34,518 nt of DNA from Rotaria socialis (Eukaryota). Every line of letters begins with the position of its first letter. Positions within the stretch are counted from its first letter, which is position 1. The position numbers and the translations under genes are program-made. The notes under the pieces were generated by a model. It was not told the DNA's origin. It saw only the letters and a list, made by a program, of their open reading frames with translations, and searched no databases. Below, piece by piece: positions 1-12,400 of this stretch. The stretch spans positions 744,001-778,518 of the forward strand of contig CAJNYD010000012.1 in NCBI GenBank assembly GCA_905331295.1, in the 5' to 3' direction.

Positions 1-60
1 TTGTTTTAGTTAATATTAAAACATGTCTTTAGATCTTTTCATATATTTGCCTTGCTGATA

Positions 61-127
61 TGAGTCAAACAATACCTGACGTCATTGAGCACGTCAACTG
101 ATAACGTATAAATTGTTGCTTGACGTA
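61..127 (+). promoter_or_regulatory. Cluster of bZIP-type motifs plus TATA-like box upstream of gene 1
   Basis: TGAGTCA (AP-1) 61-67, TGACGTCA (CRE) 77-84, CACGTCA 90-96, TATAAA 107-112 and TGACGTA 121-127, all within ~150 bp of the ATG at 211. Confidence 0.4.
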
Positions 128-210
128 TATTACTTTTTCAATATTTAAAAAAATAGCAAGTCACCAACAAAGCATCAACTCGTATTAAACAGCTTCATAT
201 ATTGTACTCG

Positions 211-2250
211 ATGGCTCAACATAAAATAAAAGATCCCAAGGCCATAGCCTGTATCACCATTGCTTTGCTTGGATTAAGCGCTGCTATTGTTTTCTTTACA
301 ATAGGTGGCGTCTTTTTAGCCAAAGAAAATCCCAAGTTGTTGAATTATGCCAACGATATGTGTACAGTTCAATCAAGTTCAGTGAGAAGCTATCAATGCA
401 GAACACGTTATAGTCATTACACTTGTTATGGTGCCATATGGAATGTGTATCATGGAGAAAATAATACTATAAATGCTATAGTAGAGGAAGACCAGCGATC
501 GAGATCTTATTCAACTGCGCTGAAAAGAACACAAGGCTATAGGGTAAAAAATTGAAAATAGAATTTCTTTAAAAATCGACTATGAATAAGACCATCATTA
601 CAGATATTTTCACACAAGTGCCACAGCTTTTTATCTAAAATTTAGTGCATAGTATCAAAATAAATACTTGATAGAGATTTCATATTTTGAAAAATCCTAT
701 TTTTAAACATTTCCATCAACTATTTCCAGTGAAAACTCTTAAAAAATAGTAGCTTCTGTAAAGTATTTCAGAATTTTAACACGACTCATTCGAGAAACAA
801 AATACTTTCAATGCATTGTCGTATTGTAGAATATGGTGACAACTAGTCTTGTTTTTAAAATTCAACAGTTGAAGATTTAGAATATAAAAATTCTGAAACT
901 CCTCTGAAACGCCACTGTCGCCACTGTATGAAAAGTGTTAAAGTAAAAGGGATGCTAATACCAAAATTGGAAGCGTAATGCTGCTAAACAATTGGGTTCT
1001 ACTCGTGTCTCTGAAAATCAGATTATATTAAAAATTTATTTTCTCCATTGAATCTCAATGCGAGAACTGATTCTAACTTATAGGATATTTAGTAGACAAT
1101 GATGCAATATCTAAAAATAGAAAACAGATATGAATATTAGAACTGAAAATTAGAAAAGGGTGTCCGTTGTAAAAACATCTACGTATGTATGAATGTTTAT
1201 CAGCTAAAGTTATTTTTATTGTCTATACTTTTATAAAAAAACCTATTCCAATATTAAAAACATCTTTCAGAATATATCGAATATAAGATTGCTATAGAAG
1301 TAACAAAAATCAAATGAAAAAATCTTCTACGATCTAATTTTTTTTAAATGAGCAGCGTAATATAAAACTGTCTCATTCGCATACACGAAGTACAGAAATT
1401 GGTATATGATGGTGTCTCTAAAGCAAAGGAAAGTAGCAAAGATTTTTTTCTGATACTGTATATACGTATGTGACCAAGTTGCATCAGTAGATTTATTGGG
1501 TATATGTTTCCAAATACATGAACTAATCACCATGAATGTTCTTAGTCAAATATGTTCAAAAAACTCTTGGTACATAACACGATATGGCATGCAGAAAAAA
1601 AGAAAGAAACACTGAAATTCTGGTATAAAAGGATTAAAACAAATGTCACAGCGGCAGTTATCTTGTTAAAATATACCCTTAAATAGGGTTGCCCACTAGA
1701 CGTCACTGTCGGTGACAAAAGTGACACTTTTCCCGATGTTGTCACTGACGTCGCTAGGGGTGGTATTTTAACTTTACAATACTTTAAGAAAGTATTAAAA
1801 TTTAAAGTAAAGCTAAAGTACCACCCCGATCCGTAAACAATCATATTCATTGATAAAGATTAGATATAAAATGTAATCAAACGTTGTTTTCTACTCAAAA
1901 AGAATGTGTTGCTATTCAAAAACAATAAACTAAACATGCTGTGTCTGCGTTAATTTGATCAGAATTATAAGAATAGATGGCATTTATTGTTTTATAGAAT
2001 TGATAATTCTTTTTTTTAGATTGGTACATCATATTCATGTTGGTATGATACTAGAAGACCATCGGTTGCTCAATGGAACAAGCCAAGTACAGTTGCAGCT
2101 ATTATTCTCCTTTGTTGTGGCGGAGTATCAGTTTTACTTACTGGCCTCTTTACATTTCTTTCCGTGAAACTTGTTAAACAGGAAATATTGCAACAAGCAC
2201 ATGATAACATGGATTCATATTCTAGTTCAAACATTTTTATTAAACAATAA
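211..2250 (+). CDS. Two-transmembrane protein with Cys-containing extracellular loop (BK channel beta-subunit / DUF3592-like topology), ~187 aa, 2 exons
   Basis: Exon 1 is 211-543 (ATG GCT CAA...; donor AGG|GTAAAA). Exon 2 is 2020-2250 (acceptor tttttttAG|ATT; ends TAA). The phase-0 join is in frame. TM1 is AIACITIALLGLSAAIVFFTIGGVFLA; the loop contains C-TV, YQC, YTC and YRIGTSYSCWYDTRRPSVAQW; TM2 is VAAIILLCCGGVSVLLTGLFTFL. Family assignment is from topology and motif resemblance only. Confidence 0.75.
1684..1829. mobile_element. Small MITE-like composite inside the intron of gene 1
   Basis: 1755-1829 is bounded by imperfect inverted repeats TAGGGGTGGTATTTTAACTTTAC / GTAAAGCTAAAGTACCACCCCGA. 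It is preceded by TAGGGTTGCCC and a GACGTCA...TGACGTC inverted segment. Flanks CCCTTAAA/TCCGTAAA match only 6/8. Confidence 0.4.
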
Positions 2251-3249
2251 AGCCAAATAAAACTAAGTTACTCGATCGAATCTTCTTGTAAACTATATTG
2301 CTAATCAGACATATCAGCAATGTGCCTGAAATAATATATTTTTCAAACTGTTGTAATAAAGTAACATTGTTTTTTTTAAATTGTTTTTCAAATTTAAATA
2401 CACACATAGAATCATTTCAAAAAGATCTACGAATAATCTTATCTATGCTTATTAAATCGTCATGTTGATCGATGGAAATATCTATTATATTGAGTCATAC
2501 TCTAGTTATTACAATATATTTTAGTTGTGAATAATGAGAACCTCAGTAATTATAGAAACAGAAAACATCGTTTTCTCGAGAATCATGTCATATAGATATT
2601 TGGGGATAGTGGAAAATGTTAGGCAATCGAACGTGCTGATGGATATTGATTTCTACGAATACAAAAGATTGTGTGATAATCAAGAGTAGCTGCCTAATTT
2701 GAGATAGAATATAAACGGATATCTGAAAAATAAACACTACTAGCTTAATCTAGGAATAGAACCAGTGTTAGATTAATTTTCGTATAAATGAACTACCCCA
2801 CAGTTAGACACATACTCCTATCCTCCCTATGAGAGAGAACTGCTCCCCATCAATTCATTCTCGCTCTTTCTCTTCATCGTATACATGAATTAGATTCCTA
2901 GAGTTCACCAGTTATATTTGAATTATAGCTAGACACCTCATACTATTGATGATAGAAACAGCTTGCGTTTTTTTTCAATGCCTTTCCAATAAATAAGATC
3001 TAGGAAAAGCTCAGCTTGTTTTCTAAATAAATGAATATTTTGAAACAAAAATGATTAGTTGGACATTTGCTACTAGTGTTAGATCAAATCTTGACAATAT
3101 AAACTTTGAAAACGACATAGAAAATAAAGACTTGAATCGAATACAGTACCATGAATTTAATCCTTTTCTTTATCCTAATTTCTCGTATATTTCTGCTTTT
3201 GATACAATATATTTGTCCGCTTAAGAACAACTTCTATTATAGCAGTAAT

Positions 3250-3312
3250 NNNNNNNNNNNNNNNNNNNNNNNNNNNNNNNNNNNNNNNNNNNNNNNNNNN
3301 NNNNNNNNNNNN
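3250..3312. other. Assembly gap (N run)
   Basis: Run of N bases. Confidence 0.99.
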
Positions 3313-3723
3313 GATTCGAAAATGCAGGTTTTGAAAGGTTTTATTGTTTGATAGTTTCGCGCTAATTAAAATGACGTCATCAATAGTTGTTAACCAATAG
3401 TCTATTGCTTTACATCTGATTCAAGATAATGATTCATGAAAATAATAATCAATTTTTCAATGAAAATAATCGTTAGAAAACTGATTGTTACATTTTCAGA
3501 GAGATTTCCTAGTGACGAATTTCAAAATGGTCGATTTAAGAATAGTGAATGCGAAATTTTTATTCAAAATTCGTATACGGAAATTTAAAAAAAATAATCG
3601 ATTCTAATGAATCTTAAAGTGGATCAAGTATTTTTAAAAATCTTATTCTCACTACTTTCGAATATTCGGCTCGTGTGCTTCGCACCGCATTTCGTAGTCG
3701 AGTGAAACTCGAATACCATCTAG
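3313..3723 (+). mobile_element. Helitron-like non-autonomous element, 3' end (5' end probably in the gap)
   Basis: Hairpins GTGC-TTC-GCAC (3675-3685) and TCGAGT-GAA-ACTCGA (3698-3712), followed 7 nt later by CTAG|T (3720-3724). This matches the hairpin + CTRR Helitron 3' terminus. The left boundary is uncertain. Confidence 0.5.
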
Positions 3724-4086
3724 TATTTTCTAAGTATATCAGTATCTCTTTCTCTGGCAATTCAACTTCATTTACATGGGTGAAGTGAGTATGATACGAT
3801 AACAAAAGTTATAAAATAACTTGTGGTTTTCATTTATTTTATTCTTTAATTAGACAATATTTCATTCATATAGAAATCAAGTTTATGCAGATTCAGCTCG
3901 GCAACATAATATCAATAATATTTTTAATGATTTAGAATTTCCAAACAATAAATCTTTATTATATTATTCACCTGGTTTTAATTGAGCACTCAGTAATGTA
4001 GTATGGAAATGACCTTATGTTAGTATATATATATGTACATATCTTCTTAAGCTTAACATCTGCTATTTAATGATTAGGAACTTTGT

Positions 4087-4734
4087 TCAAGCCCTCAATT
4101 TATTGTTAAAGAAGCCAACAGACCTGTATTTTTGTTGAATTTTGGCACACTTTATCAGTTGCGGTTGTGTTTGAGCAAAAGAAAGAAATCTTCACATGTC
4201 ATAGTACTATTTAAATCTGATTTTCAATTCAGCAGCTATCGTTTCACTCACCGTCAAATTGCGACTGGCTGTCCATGCGCTTTTTCTTTGACTAAAAACG
4301 CCTTCACCAAATACATTCGAGCAAGGAATTGAGTACGCATAAGAAATAATTTTGTACATTTCAATACACATTGGTTTCGACTTTACAAGAAGAAAAGCCC
4401 AAAATTGATCAGGCGGAAATTCCACTTCTCTTTCATGATTTTCGGTCGTCGATTTTTGAATGAGATTTTCTTCATCATGAAACTAGTTGCATATGTCATT
4501 GTAGAATTTTTCATAAGCATGACCATTAGCAGCCAACCAATATAACTGATGCTTCACATCTTTATCAATAGTAAATGTCGGATAAAGCGACAAAAATTTT
4601 CTTAGTTTCAACTAAAATATGGACGATAGTAGTCGTAACATTGAAAAATGCAGATGAGGTACAAAATGCGTACCTCAGCGGTACCAGTTTTTTTAGGTAC
4701 AAAAGACTCAAATGGGGTACGGCTGGCAACCCTG
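4087..4734 (-). mobile_element. Internally deleted hAT transposon relic with pseudogenised transposase C-terminal dimerisation domain
   Basis: Minus-strand translation gives PPDQFWAFLL...SIPCSNVFGEGVFSQRKSAWTASRNLTVSETIAAELKIRF, then a frameshift near 4208, then STMTCEDFFSFAQTQPQLIKCAKIQQKY...*. This resembles the hAT dimerisation motif (IP-SNA--ER-FS-----W---RN-L). There is an upstream in-frame stop. A terminus CAGGGTTGCCAGCCGTACCCC lies at 4734 (minus) with GTAC subterminal repeats. The other terminus was not found. Confidence 0.8.
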
Positions 4735-4816
4735 ACCAAAATCAAAATGACCACTGTATATTTTTACATCAAATTTCAATATTTGGAAGAAAAGTGATAG
4801 CCTAATAACGAATTGC

Positions 4817-4992
4817 CACTGGCGGATCTACCATTACAACTAACCGGTGATGGCCACAACCTTCATGAAATTTTTTCGACTTTTTCCAGCAAGAATGACA
4901 CAGAAAAGAGCGGTATTGCCTCAAATTGGCTTCAAAAACAGTTTTTGACCGGGTGGACCACCCTCCTTACCGATTTTCTGGATCCGCCACTG
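4817..4992. mobile_element. hAT-type MITE (176 bp)
   Basis: TIRs CACTGGCGGATCTA / TGGATCCGCCACTG; degenerate 8-bp TSD CGAATTGC / TGAATTGG. Confidence 0.75.
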
Positions 4993-5490
4993 TGAATTGG
5001 GTCGTTTTCCAGTTTGTATGGCTTAACATTAGTCTTTTAAAACAGGACAAAAGAGAACAACAAAACTATAAGTGTAAGTGCGCAATTTTATATAACCATA
5101 TTTGTTCTTTTTCTTTTTTCTTTAGACTTTTCTTATAATATAGTAGCGCGAAACAAGAGACAAGACGGTAAACTGGACGAGATAGATTATAGTTCAATCG
5201 TTTTCTCTCGTGTCAGCATTTTGAGAGAAGATAGAAGAAAAGAGCAAGTATACATATAGATACGTATGTACAATTGTGCATTATTCATTTTTTTTGTTCT
5301 GTTTTCTTATATTAATTCTTCATAAGAACCAGTAAAAGGTACATATGCGATTCAAACGAAAGAAAAAAGACAGTAGCTAGTTTATTCAAACGTAAATAAT
5401 TGTGAAAAAGTAAAATTTGAATGGGCAAAAATTAAATAATGAAAATTACAATGGACAAGGCTCAAAATGAAATGGGCAATTATCCATTTC

Positions 5491-5518
5491 CATTTGCCTC
5501 CCCCTGGTTACGCCGCTG
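5491..5518. repeat. Orphan transposon terminus, also present at 31751-31778
   Basis: CATTTGCCTCCCCCTGGTTACGCCGCTG here versus ATTTGCCTCTACCCTGGTTACGCCGCTG at 31751-31778. The reverse complement CAGCGGCGTAACCAGGG looks like a TIR start. Partner ends were not found. Confidence 0.55.
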
Positions 5519-5788
5519 ATATAGAACGAAGCTATGCGTGTATTTTGGTGTGCTCACAGTTGGATACAATTTGAATATTTCGATCGAATACATCAATCGA
5601 ATACTTCAATCGAATGCTTTAATAGTTTAATATTCAGCGCTATGACTACGAGAAAAGATTGCAAAAAGTGAAATGAAATACGATAAACAAAACATATGAG
5701 AGAAAGAAACAACGAAATCATTAAAAAGAAACCTAATTCAAGCATTCATTTTCATCTCAGCGGTTTATAAGACAATCGATCAAGCCGT

Positions 5789-6044
5789 CCCTAATCCACT
5801 CTCCCCCGACGACTCCCTGGTGATTTCTCTGGGGAGAATTGGTGAAATTTTTTAAAATAAGAAAAAATTTAATTTTTTTAAATTTTAAAAAAATTAGAAG
5901 AATTTATTAGTAATTAGATATTTCATCAATTGTGGCCAGAAAACTCCCCGTGGAGTCCCCAGGGGGTCCCCGAAAAAGAACGAAATCCATAGGAACTCCC
6001 TGTCGTGAGTCTCCGGGGATTCTTCTAGGGAGAGTTGACTAGGG
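5789..6044. mobile_element. CMC/EnSpm-like MITE (256 bp)
   Basis: TIRs CCCTAATCCACTCTCCC / GGGAGAGTTGACTAGGG; 2-bp TSD GT/GT; internal ACTCCC/GGGGA subterminal repeats. Confidence 0.7.
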
Positions 6045-6219
6045 GTTGAAAAGTGTTCTCTACTCTTTAATAACATGAATGATATACGTATATATATATA
6101 ATGTAGAAGGGAATAAAAAGCATCAAATTATGATGGAGTAAGAAAAAGCGTCAGATCATACAATGGAATAAAGTTCTATTGAAAACTATAAAATCATCTC
6201 ATCGGTAAGGAGTAGAAAA

Positions 6220-6393
6220 CAGCAGTGGCAAAATTCTCACCTAGCAGAATTCAAGAAGTCTGCTGTCCAATACAAGCAAAGTTCTAGCAGAATTCTGTAT
6301 TCCTTATGATTAGTTGACAAGCAAAGTTCTAGTAAAATTCTGCGTTGAATACAGAATTCTTACATTTTGGCTGTGAGAATTCTGTCACCGCTC
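6220..6393. mobile_element. hAT-type MITE (174 bp)
   Basis: TIRs CAGCAGTGGCAAAATTCTCAC / GTGAGAATTCTGTCACCGCTC; perfect 8-bp TSD GTAGAAAA (6212-6219 and 6394-6401); internal AGAATTCT repeats. Confidence 0.85.
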
Positions 6394-8382
6394 GTAGAAA
6401 AAGGTCGATGGCATCCTTTTAAGGTACGTGCAAGATACTCATTTGATTAGAATTGTAAGTACATAAATAATGTATCGATTAGAAAAGTAAACAGGTAACA
6501 TGACTCAGGTTTCAATATGTAAATAAGTCTGATGATGTTTTTTAAAATGACATTTAAAGATTACCTTTCCCACTAATCAAAATAAACGATTTTTCTTATG
6601 AAGAATTTTAAGTTGCGGTATTAGAATAATATTTATTGGTATTAATAATTCTATCATGTGTTATTAGAAGAAGTTCAAAGACATAATACCATATGATTCA
6701 TCTGTTGACTAATTCAGGTACGTATATCGAATACTCTCTGGGTTGTATGCTCGGACATTCATTCAAATTCTAACAGCCACTTTTCATTGTTTTTCTTTTT
6801 TCAAATATCTACAGAATAATCTTTTTTTACGATTGTGCATTTAGTATTTGCATAGTAACCTTGAATTTAAATGAATTTTGAGAAAGACTGTTCGCTAGAT
6901 ACCATAAAAGCTAGCACAGTGAAAGATCAGAGGTTGACTAATATGATTGCAATATTTGTTTAAATACTTTAGAGGAGAATGTATTAGGTAAGTTACAATC
7001 GTATGTCTGCGATAGCTGATTATAAGTGAAAGTTATCGTAATTAACATATGTAGGAATTTTCTTTAACCTATTGTACTTTTTCATTCTAGTTACTTTTAT
7101 ACATCTCAATGTTTCATAATGTGTTATTTATCTTAATAAGAATTTATCGAAATATGATATAAAGATTCTTATACAACAGATGTATAGCAGAATTTATGAA
7201 CAATATTGAAACTTCGACGTATCAATATAGATATCTAGTGATTTCAGTACATCTAAAAAGAATTCTCATCAGCTAGAAGCACTGATTTCGAGTATTTTCT
7301 AATATTTTTCTCTTGAAATAAATTTTATTATATGTGATAATCTGTTGAGGAATAGTGATGTTAACTCATGGCTACCTGGCATAATATACGTCATGTTTCT
7401 TTTATAGTTATATCCTCTATATGGCATACCTTTCAGTCTGCCTCGTTCTTAATGTGTTTCCTTGTTTTAACTATCTTTTGCTTCATTGAAAACTGATGTT
7501 GAATATTCTTGATATCTCCCTTTTTTCAATATCATGCTTGATATACTTTAGAACACTATCGGAAAAGAAATAAGAATAAATTGAACTTTCTCAACATCAG
7601 ATATAAGTATCTTTGATTTTAGAAATTAAAATTATCATTATCAGTGATTTATCATCAATTCACAATTAGAACTGATAATGTAGCTGACAGTCAATCATTT
7701 TCAAGATCTCCAATATGATAATCAATACTATGCCTAAATTAATCGGTAAGAGTATTTCTTATGAAGTCGTGATATTAAATACAGATCAAGAGTTTTTTTA
7801 AAGTAATTAGACAATAAAATGTATACCAATGAGTTCATAAGTAGCAATAGTGGCAATTATTTATCGTTTTACACAAGAAAAAATATAACTATTTGTGTTG
7901 AAAAGAAAACAGATTACGCTTCCTATATAATATATAAAAACTAATTAGTTAAGAAGTCTACGAAAAAATAAATAATAAAATAGATAGTGTTCAAGCTGGA
8001 TGAAGTAAAATTTTACATTTGATCAAATATCATTTGAAATTAGCCTGAAACTTTTAAGAACAACACACTATTATTCTCAAAAGCAAAAAGCATCTATGAA
8101 AAAACTGAAATAGAAAACACAAAATTCTACGTATTAATAGACATTCTAAATTTACTCATTGAGCTTTTGTTTTGCCATTCATTTGTTTCGCATGACAAGT
8201 GCTACTCTTAAAGACCATATCATGAAACAAACAGTATTGTTGATAAAGTCTAGAAAGCGTATTGCGCTGCAATTATTCCTAATTATTTTTATTTTCTTAA
8301 GAAATCTTTTGAATTAGAAAATACTTAAATATGTGTTAAAACTAGAATCTGACATATTATTTATTTTTTAGACAAATGTCGA

Positions 8383-9495
8383 ATGTACTTATCAATGCAA
8401 CATTGCACACGTCATCGTACATTATACTTTCGTCTATTGATATCTCTATTTTTATCAACAAATGCTTATCTTTTCTTATTTCCTATAACAAATGAATATC
8501 GACCTTTTCATTTATCCTTCAAAAAGACAAACAGTGTAGCTGATCGAATAGTTTTGCTTGTTCGTACATCGCACAATTGTGAATCACGGTTAAATTACCT
8601 TCTTCAAAGTTGGATATCAACAGATGTATTAGAACAGTCAAATTTATATTTAATTACAGACCGTTTATCAAATTCTGCAAATCTAACACTATTTTCGTCT
8701 TTTCAAAATGTAATTCAAACAGGTTGCCCTGAAACACATGATCGTAATGATCTATGTTGTAAAACAGCACACGAATTTAACTTATTCTACAATTTAATTC
8801 TCACAAAACCAAATTTAGAATGGCTATGCCGTTTTGATGATGATCATTATGTTAATATTAAGAATTTATATAAATATTTGTCTCAAATAAATGCGTCAAA
8901 ATCATATTATATGGGCCGGACAAGTATCAGCGGTCGTTTAAGAGCCAGTAACAGTATTCGATCATATTCATTTGCAACTTATGGTGCTGGTGTTTGCTTT
9001 TCTCATGCGCTACTTAAACAGCTGCGTCCTCATGTTCATATTAAAAATTTACCTGTTGATTGTTTAAAACATAGGCTATCTGATGACGCTTATATCGGTT
9101 ATTTAATTGAATGTATTCTGAATGTATCACTAACGGCAAGAAATGACTTATTTCATTCACATCTGGAAAAACTTGAAACTTCATTTCGATACTTCAATTT
9201 AAATCATTTATCCGATTCAATTACATTTGGTTTTGCATGGGATCGATATAAATTAGATTGGTTACCAATAATTCATGAATTGATTCAGTTAACTAATCGC
9301 GGTCAAATAAAAACAGCAAGCCGTTTATGGTTATTTTTAAGGAATTATGAAAAAGAACATCCCGAAAATTTAAAAGATAAATATGATGAATCATGTATAT
9401 CACATCAACGATTACGGAATCAATCCATTGAAGTGCATACAAGTAAGACTAGAAAATCTATTGAAACTCTAAAACAACACAATGAAACAGGCTAA
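8383..9495 (+). CDS. fng: Fringe-family beta-1,3-N-acetylglucosaminyltransferase (GT31), 370 aa, single coding exon
   Basis: N-terminal type II signal anchor. Fringe motifs: LLVRTS...RL..LLQSW, LCCKTAHEF, WLCRFDDDHYVN (DxD), YMGRTS, FATYGAGVCFS, RLSDDAYIGYLIE and LFHSHLEKL. A splice acceptor (tttttAG at 8370-8371) lies just upstream of the ATG, and AATAAA near 9561. Orthology to true fringe versus a paralog is not established. Confidence 0.9.
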   Translation: MYLSMQHCTRHRTLYFRLLISLFLSTNAYLFLFPITNEYRPFHLSFKKTNSVADRIVLLVRTSHNCESRLNYLLQSWISTDVLEQSNLYLITDRLSNSANLTLFSSFQNVIQTGCPETHDRNDLCCKTAHEFNLFYNLILTKPNLEWLCRFDDDHYVNIKNLYKYLSQINASKSYYMGRTSISGRLRASNSIRSYSFATYGAGVCFSHALLKQLRPHVHIKNLPVDCLKHRLSDDAYIGYLIECILNVSLTARNDLFHSHLEKLETSFRYFNLNHLSDSITFGFAWDRYKLDWLPIIHELIQLTNRGQIKTASRLWLFLRNYEKEHPENLKDKYDESCISHQRLRNQSIEVHTSKTRKSIETLKQHNETG

Positions 9496-12400
9496 AGTAA
9501 TTTTTTATTTTGATGTAAAATCATTGTATCTATGGTTTTGTTTCAGTAATTTAATTTTTGAATAAATAATAAACAACGACAGTAAGCATGAAATCACTTG
9601 AATTCAATTCTTATGCAACAAAAAAGAGTACTGCGTACATATCGAGATTTTTTTGTACGAGTAACCGATCAAAATCGATCTCTTAGGCAATAATTGCTTT
9701 TAGGTTGAAAAGTTCATATTTATAGGATAGAAGTTAGTAAGAAAAAAAAATTATGATCGGAAGTTCACACTTTATTAAATGACTTTTATACTTAGGTAAG
9801 ACGTTACTGTGTATGTTTTTGTTGGTTGCTAACTATTGTAAAATAGTTCTTTGTCTTTCTTATTTTTGTTTTGAACGACAAATGAAAGATTCAATATGTA
9901 AAATTAATTGAATATATTATATGACAAACTCATCAATCAACGACTATTTGTTATCGACAATCCTGTGAACGATTTTTGATCTTAATACCAATTAGGTTTC
10001 CAGATTTATAAAGAATATTGTAGATGATAAGCTCTAGTTTTATTGAATGATCAAAGTAACATTTTTCTTCAGTAAGATAATTGAAAAATAGGCTAGATAT
10101 AATTTTGCAAATGTAGAAGTTTTTTTTTTATCAACATTCATGAATGCTGCAAATGTCGTTTATTCTATTATTTGTTATGTTCAATGTAAGAAAATCTTAA
10201 TACTATTTTGTGCATGATTTTTGTTTTTGCTAACATTTGATTTTCCATACTACGATACGAATATGTAACACCAGTTCTCAATTACGCCTTTTTTTCTATA
10301 AATGAGAAGAAAAGGTTGAAAACAAATTATTTACATTGTGTTCATTTTGCCTTATTCATTATATCTATTGTATTATATTTCTTAAACTACTTTGGCCTCT
10401 TTTGAATAAAAGTTTACGACTATTGAATGATAATGGATTAATAAACAAGTAATAGCTGATCTTCTTATGTTGATACTGTTACAAAAAAAATAATTGTAAA
10501 AGAAATAGCATATGATGTTATTTTCTTCTGATTGCATTAGTAAGTTAGTTTTTATATTAACTTTCTAGTTGGCATGCTGTGTATCGTATCAATCAGTACA
10601 GATCAGTTATTTTGCATAAATAGTTTTTTTTATTCCGCTCCATTTATATTTAAAGAAGACAAATCTGCTATTTGATCTTTACCACAAAAGATCGACAAAG
10701 AATGTATATAAGTTATTATTTCCAATATTTATCATTGTTCTGTTTCTTGAAAAACCAGCAAAAAAAGACATGTTGGAAGTGATTAAAATACTATTTACAT
10801 CAATTTATGACTTTTTAAGGAAATCAAGGAGAATGTAAAAGATAAATCAATGAATTTCCTAGAATCAACTCGACAACCAACATGTTATATCTGAAGGCTT
10901 TTCCTTTCTACTTCAGAGAAGAATTAGAAAAAATATCGATCTACTTTTCTTATCTTATGTGCATGCGTACGACCTTTTGATAATCGTGACGTATTCATGA
11001 TTATTCGCCTAAGGAAGTGCCAACACTTTCGAAAAACATAAAAATATGCATATATTACTTCGGTAAGCTACGTAGAGTTTTTTTCTTCACTTAAGTATAC
11101 ATATCGTTTTAGTTAATATTCTATTTTATCAAATTATTTCTGAAAGTGCCGAATATTGATATGCCAATTAATTTCTGATTATAGATATTCAAGTATAAAA
11201 CTAGAAAAACAAACTAAATCAATGCCTATCTAGATGAGCGTCAATACACGTTTGAAACATATACATCATCGTCTGGTCTTCGTTTTAGTTTTTATGAAAA
11301 ATATATGAGATAGAAGAGAAAGCAGAGAAAGCAACTCTACACATGTCGCAGTTATGTGTTTTTATAAACACATCTTTTTTAATTTCAGCGTAGAATATCA
11401 TTATATTTCAGTATTATTTCTGTCATTATTACTTTCAGGTTTTGAAAAGGCAAACAAGTTCTTGTCATGTGCTTATGCTATACAATCAGCATGTATCGCG
11501 TCTCAAAACGCATTTCTTCATAGCTTATCTTGTTCCATCAGATCACACTGTTTTGTCACTCCCATATAATGTTTGTATTGATAATTTGTAGCGTCTTTTT
11601 AGGACAAAGAAAGAGAACATTGAATACCATAGAACAATACACACACACATTGGAGATGTTCAATTTGTCAGCAGGCGATATTTAAGTGCTAGCTTGGCAC
11701 GATTCATTCTCATGGGATTTTTCTTCACTGCTATTCCAACCGTTGTTAATAATTGTTTTATCTCATCCTTTTTCTTTTGATTTTCTAATCAGACGCAGAA
11801 GACAGTCTGTAGTGACGTCGAAGCAAACCTCTTTTTTTTTATTGCTGAGCACTTTTATCATTTATTTGTGTTCGATGTCACCAATTTGATGAGATTAAAA
11901 CGTAACGGTGTGAGAGAGAGAGAGATAAAGAGCAAAAGAAGAGTAAAAATAATGTTGCTTCCGAGAACATGACAGGTGGGATTGACAACCAGGCTGTGTT
12001 TCCTTTTTTTCTGGATTATCACTTGAACAACCGCAAGCAATGAAGAATGGCATGTCTACTTCTGACATCGTTCATTGATGCACATACATCTTGAATATCA
12101 CCCGACGACAATCAATTGAATGAGAGAGTGTGATAAAGAAAGATGAGAAGGATTCATTTTTCTTTTGTCTTTGTTTTATTTCAATATAGTTCTATTCGAT
12201 GCAAAAGGAAGATACGAAGCGGAATTATGTGATTCTTGAAATGAAATTACGAGTTGGTTAAGAGATACTTCTGCTTCGTTTCTATCGTTGACGAATCGTC
12301 GAGAAAGGATACATGCTCGCTCGGTCTTATCAACAACAGCGTGAATGAGCAAATCGTGTGACATTCACTCATCTATCTCTATCAATACCCTAGAGTGAAA

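Noticed and set aside
1955..2167. 70-aa ORF
   Set aside because: Wrong-frame reading of exon 2 of the two-TM gene.
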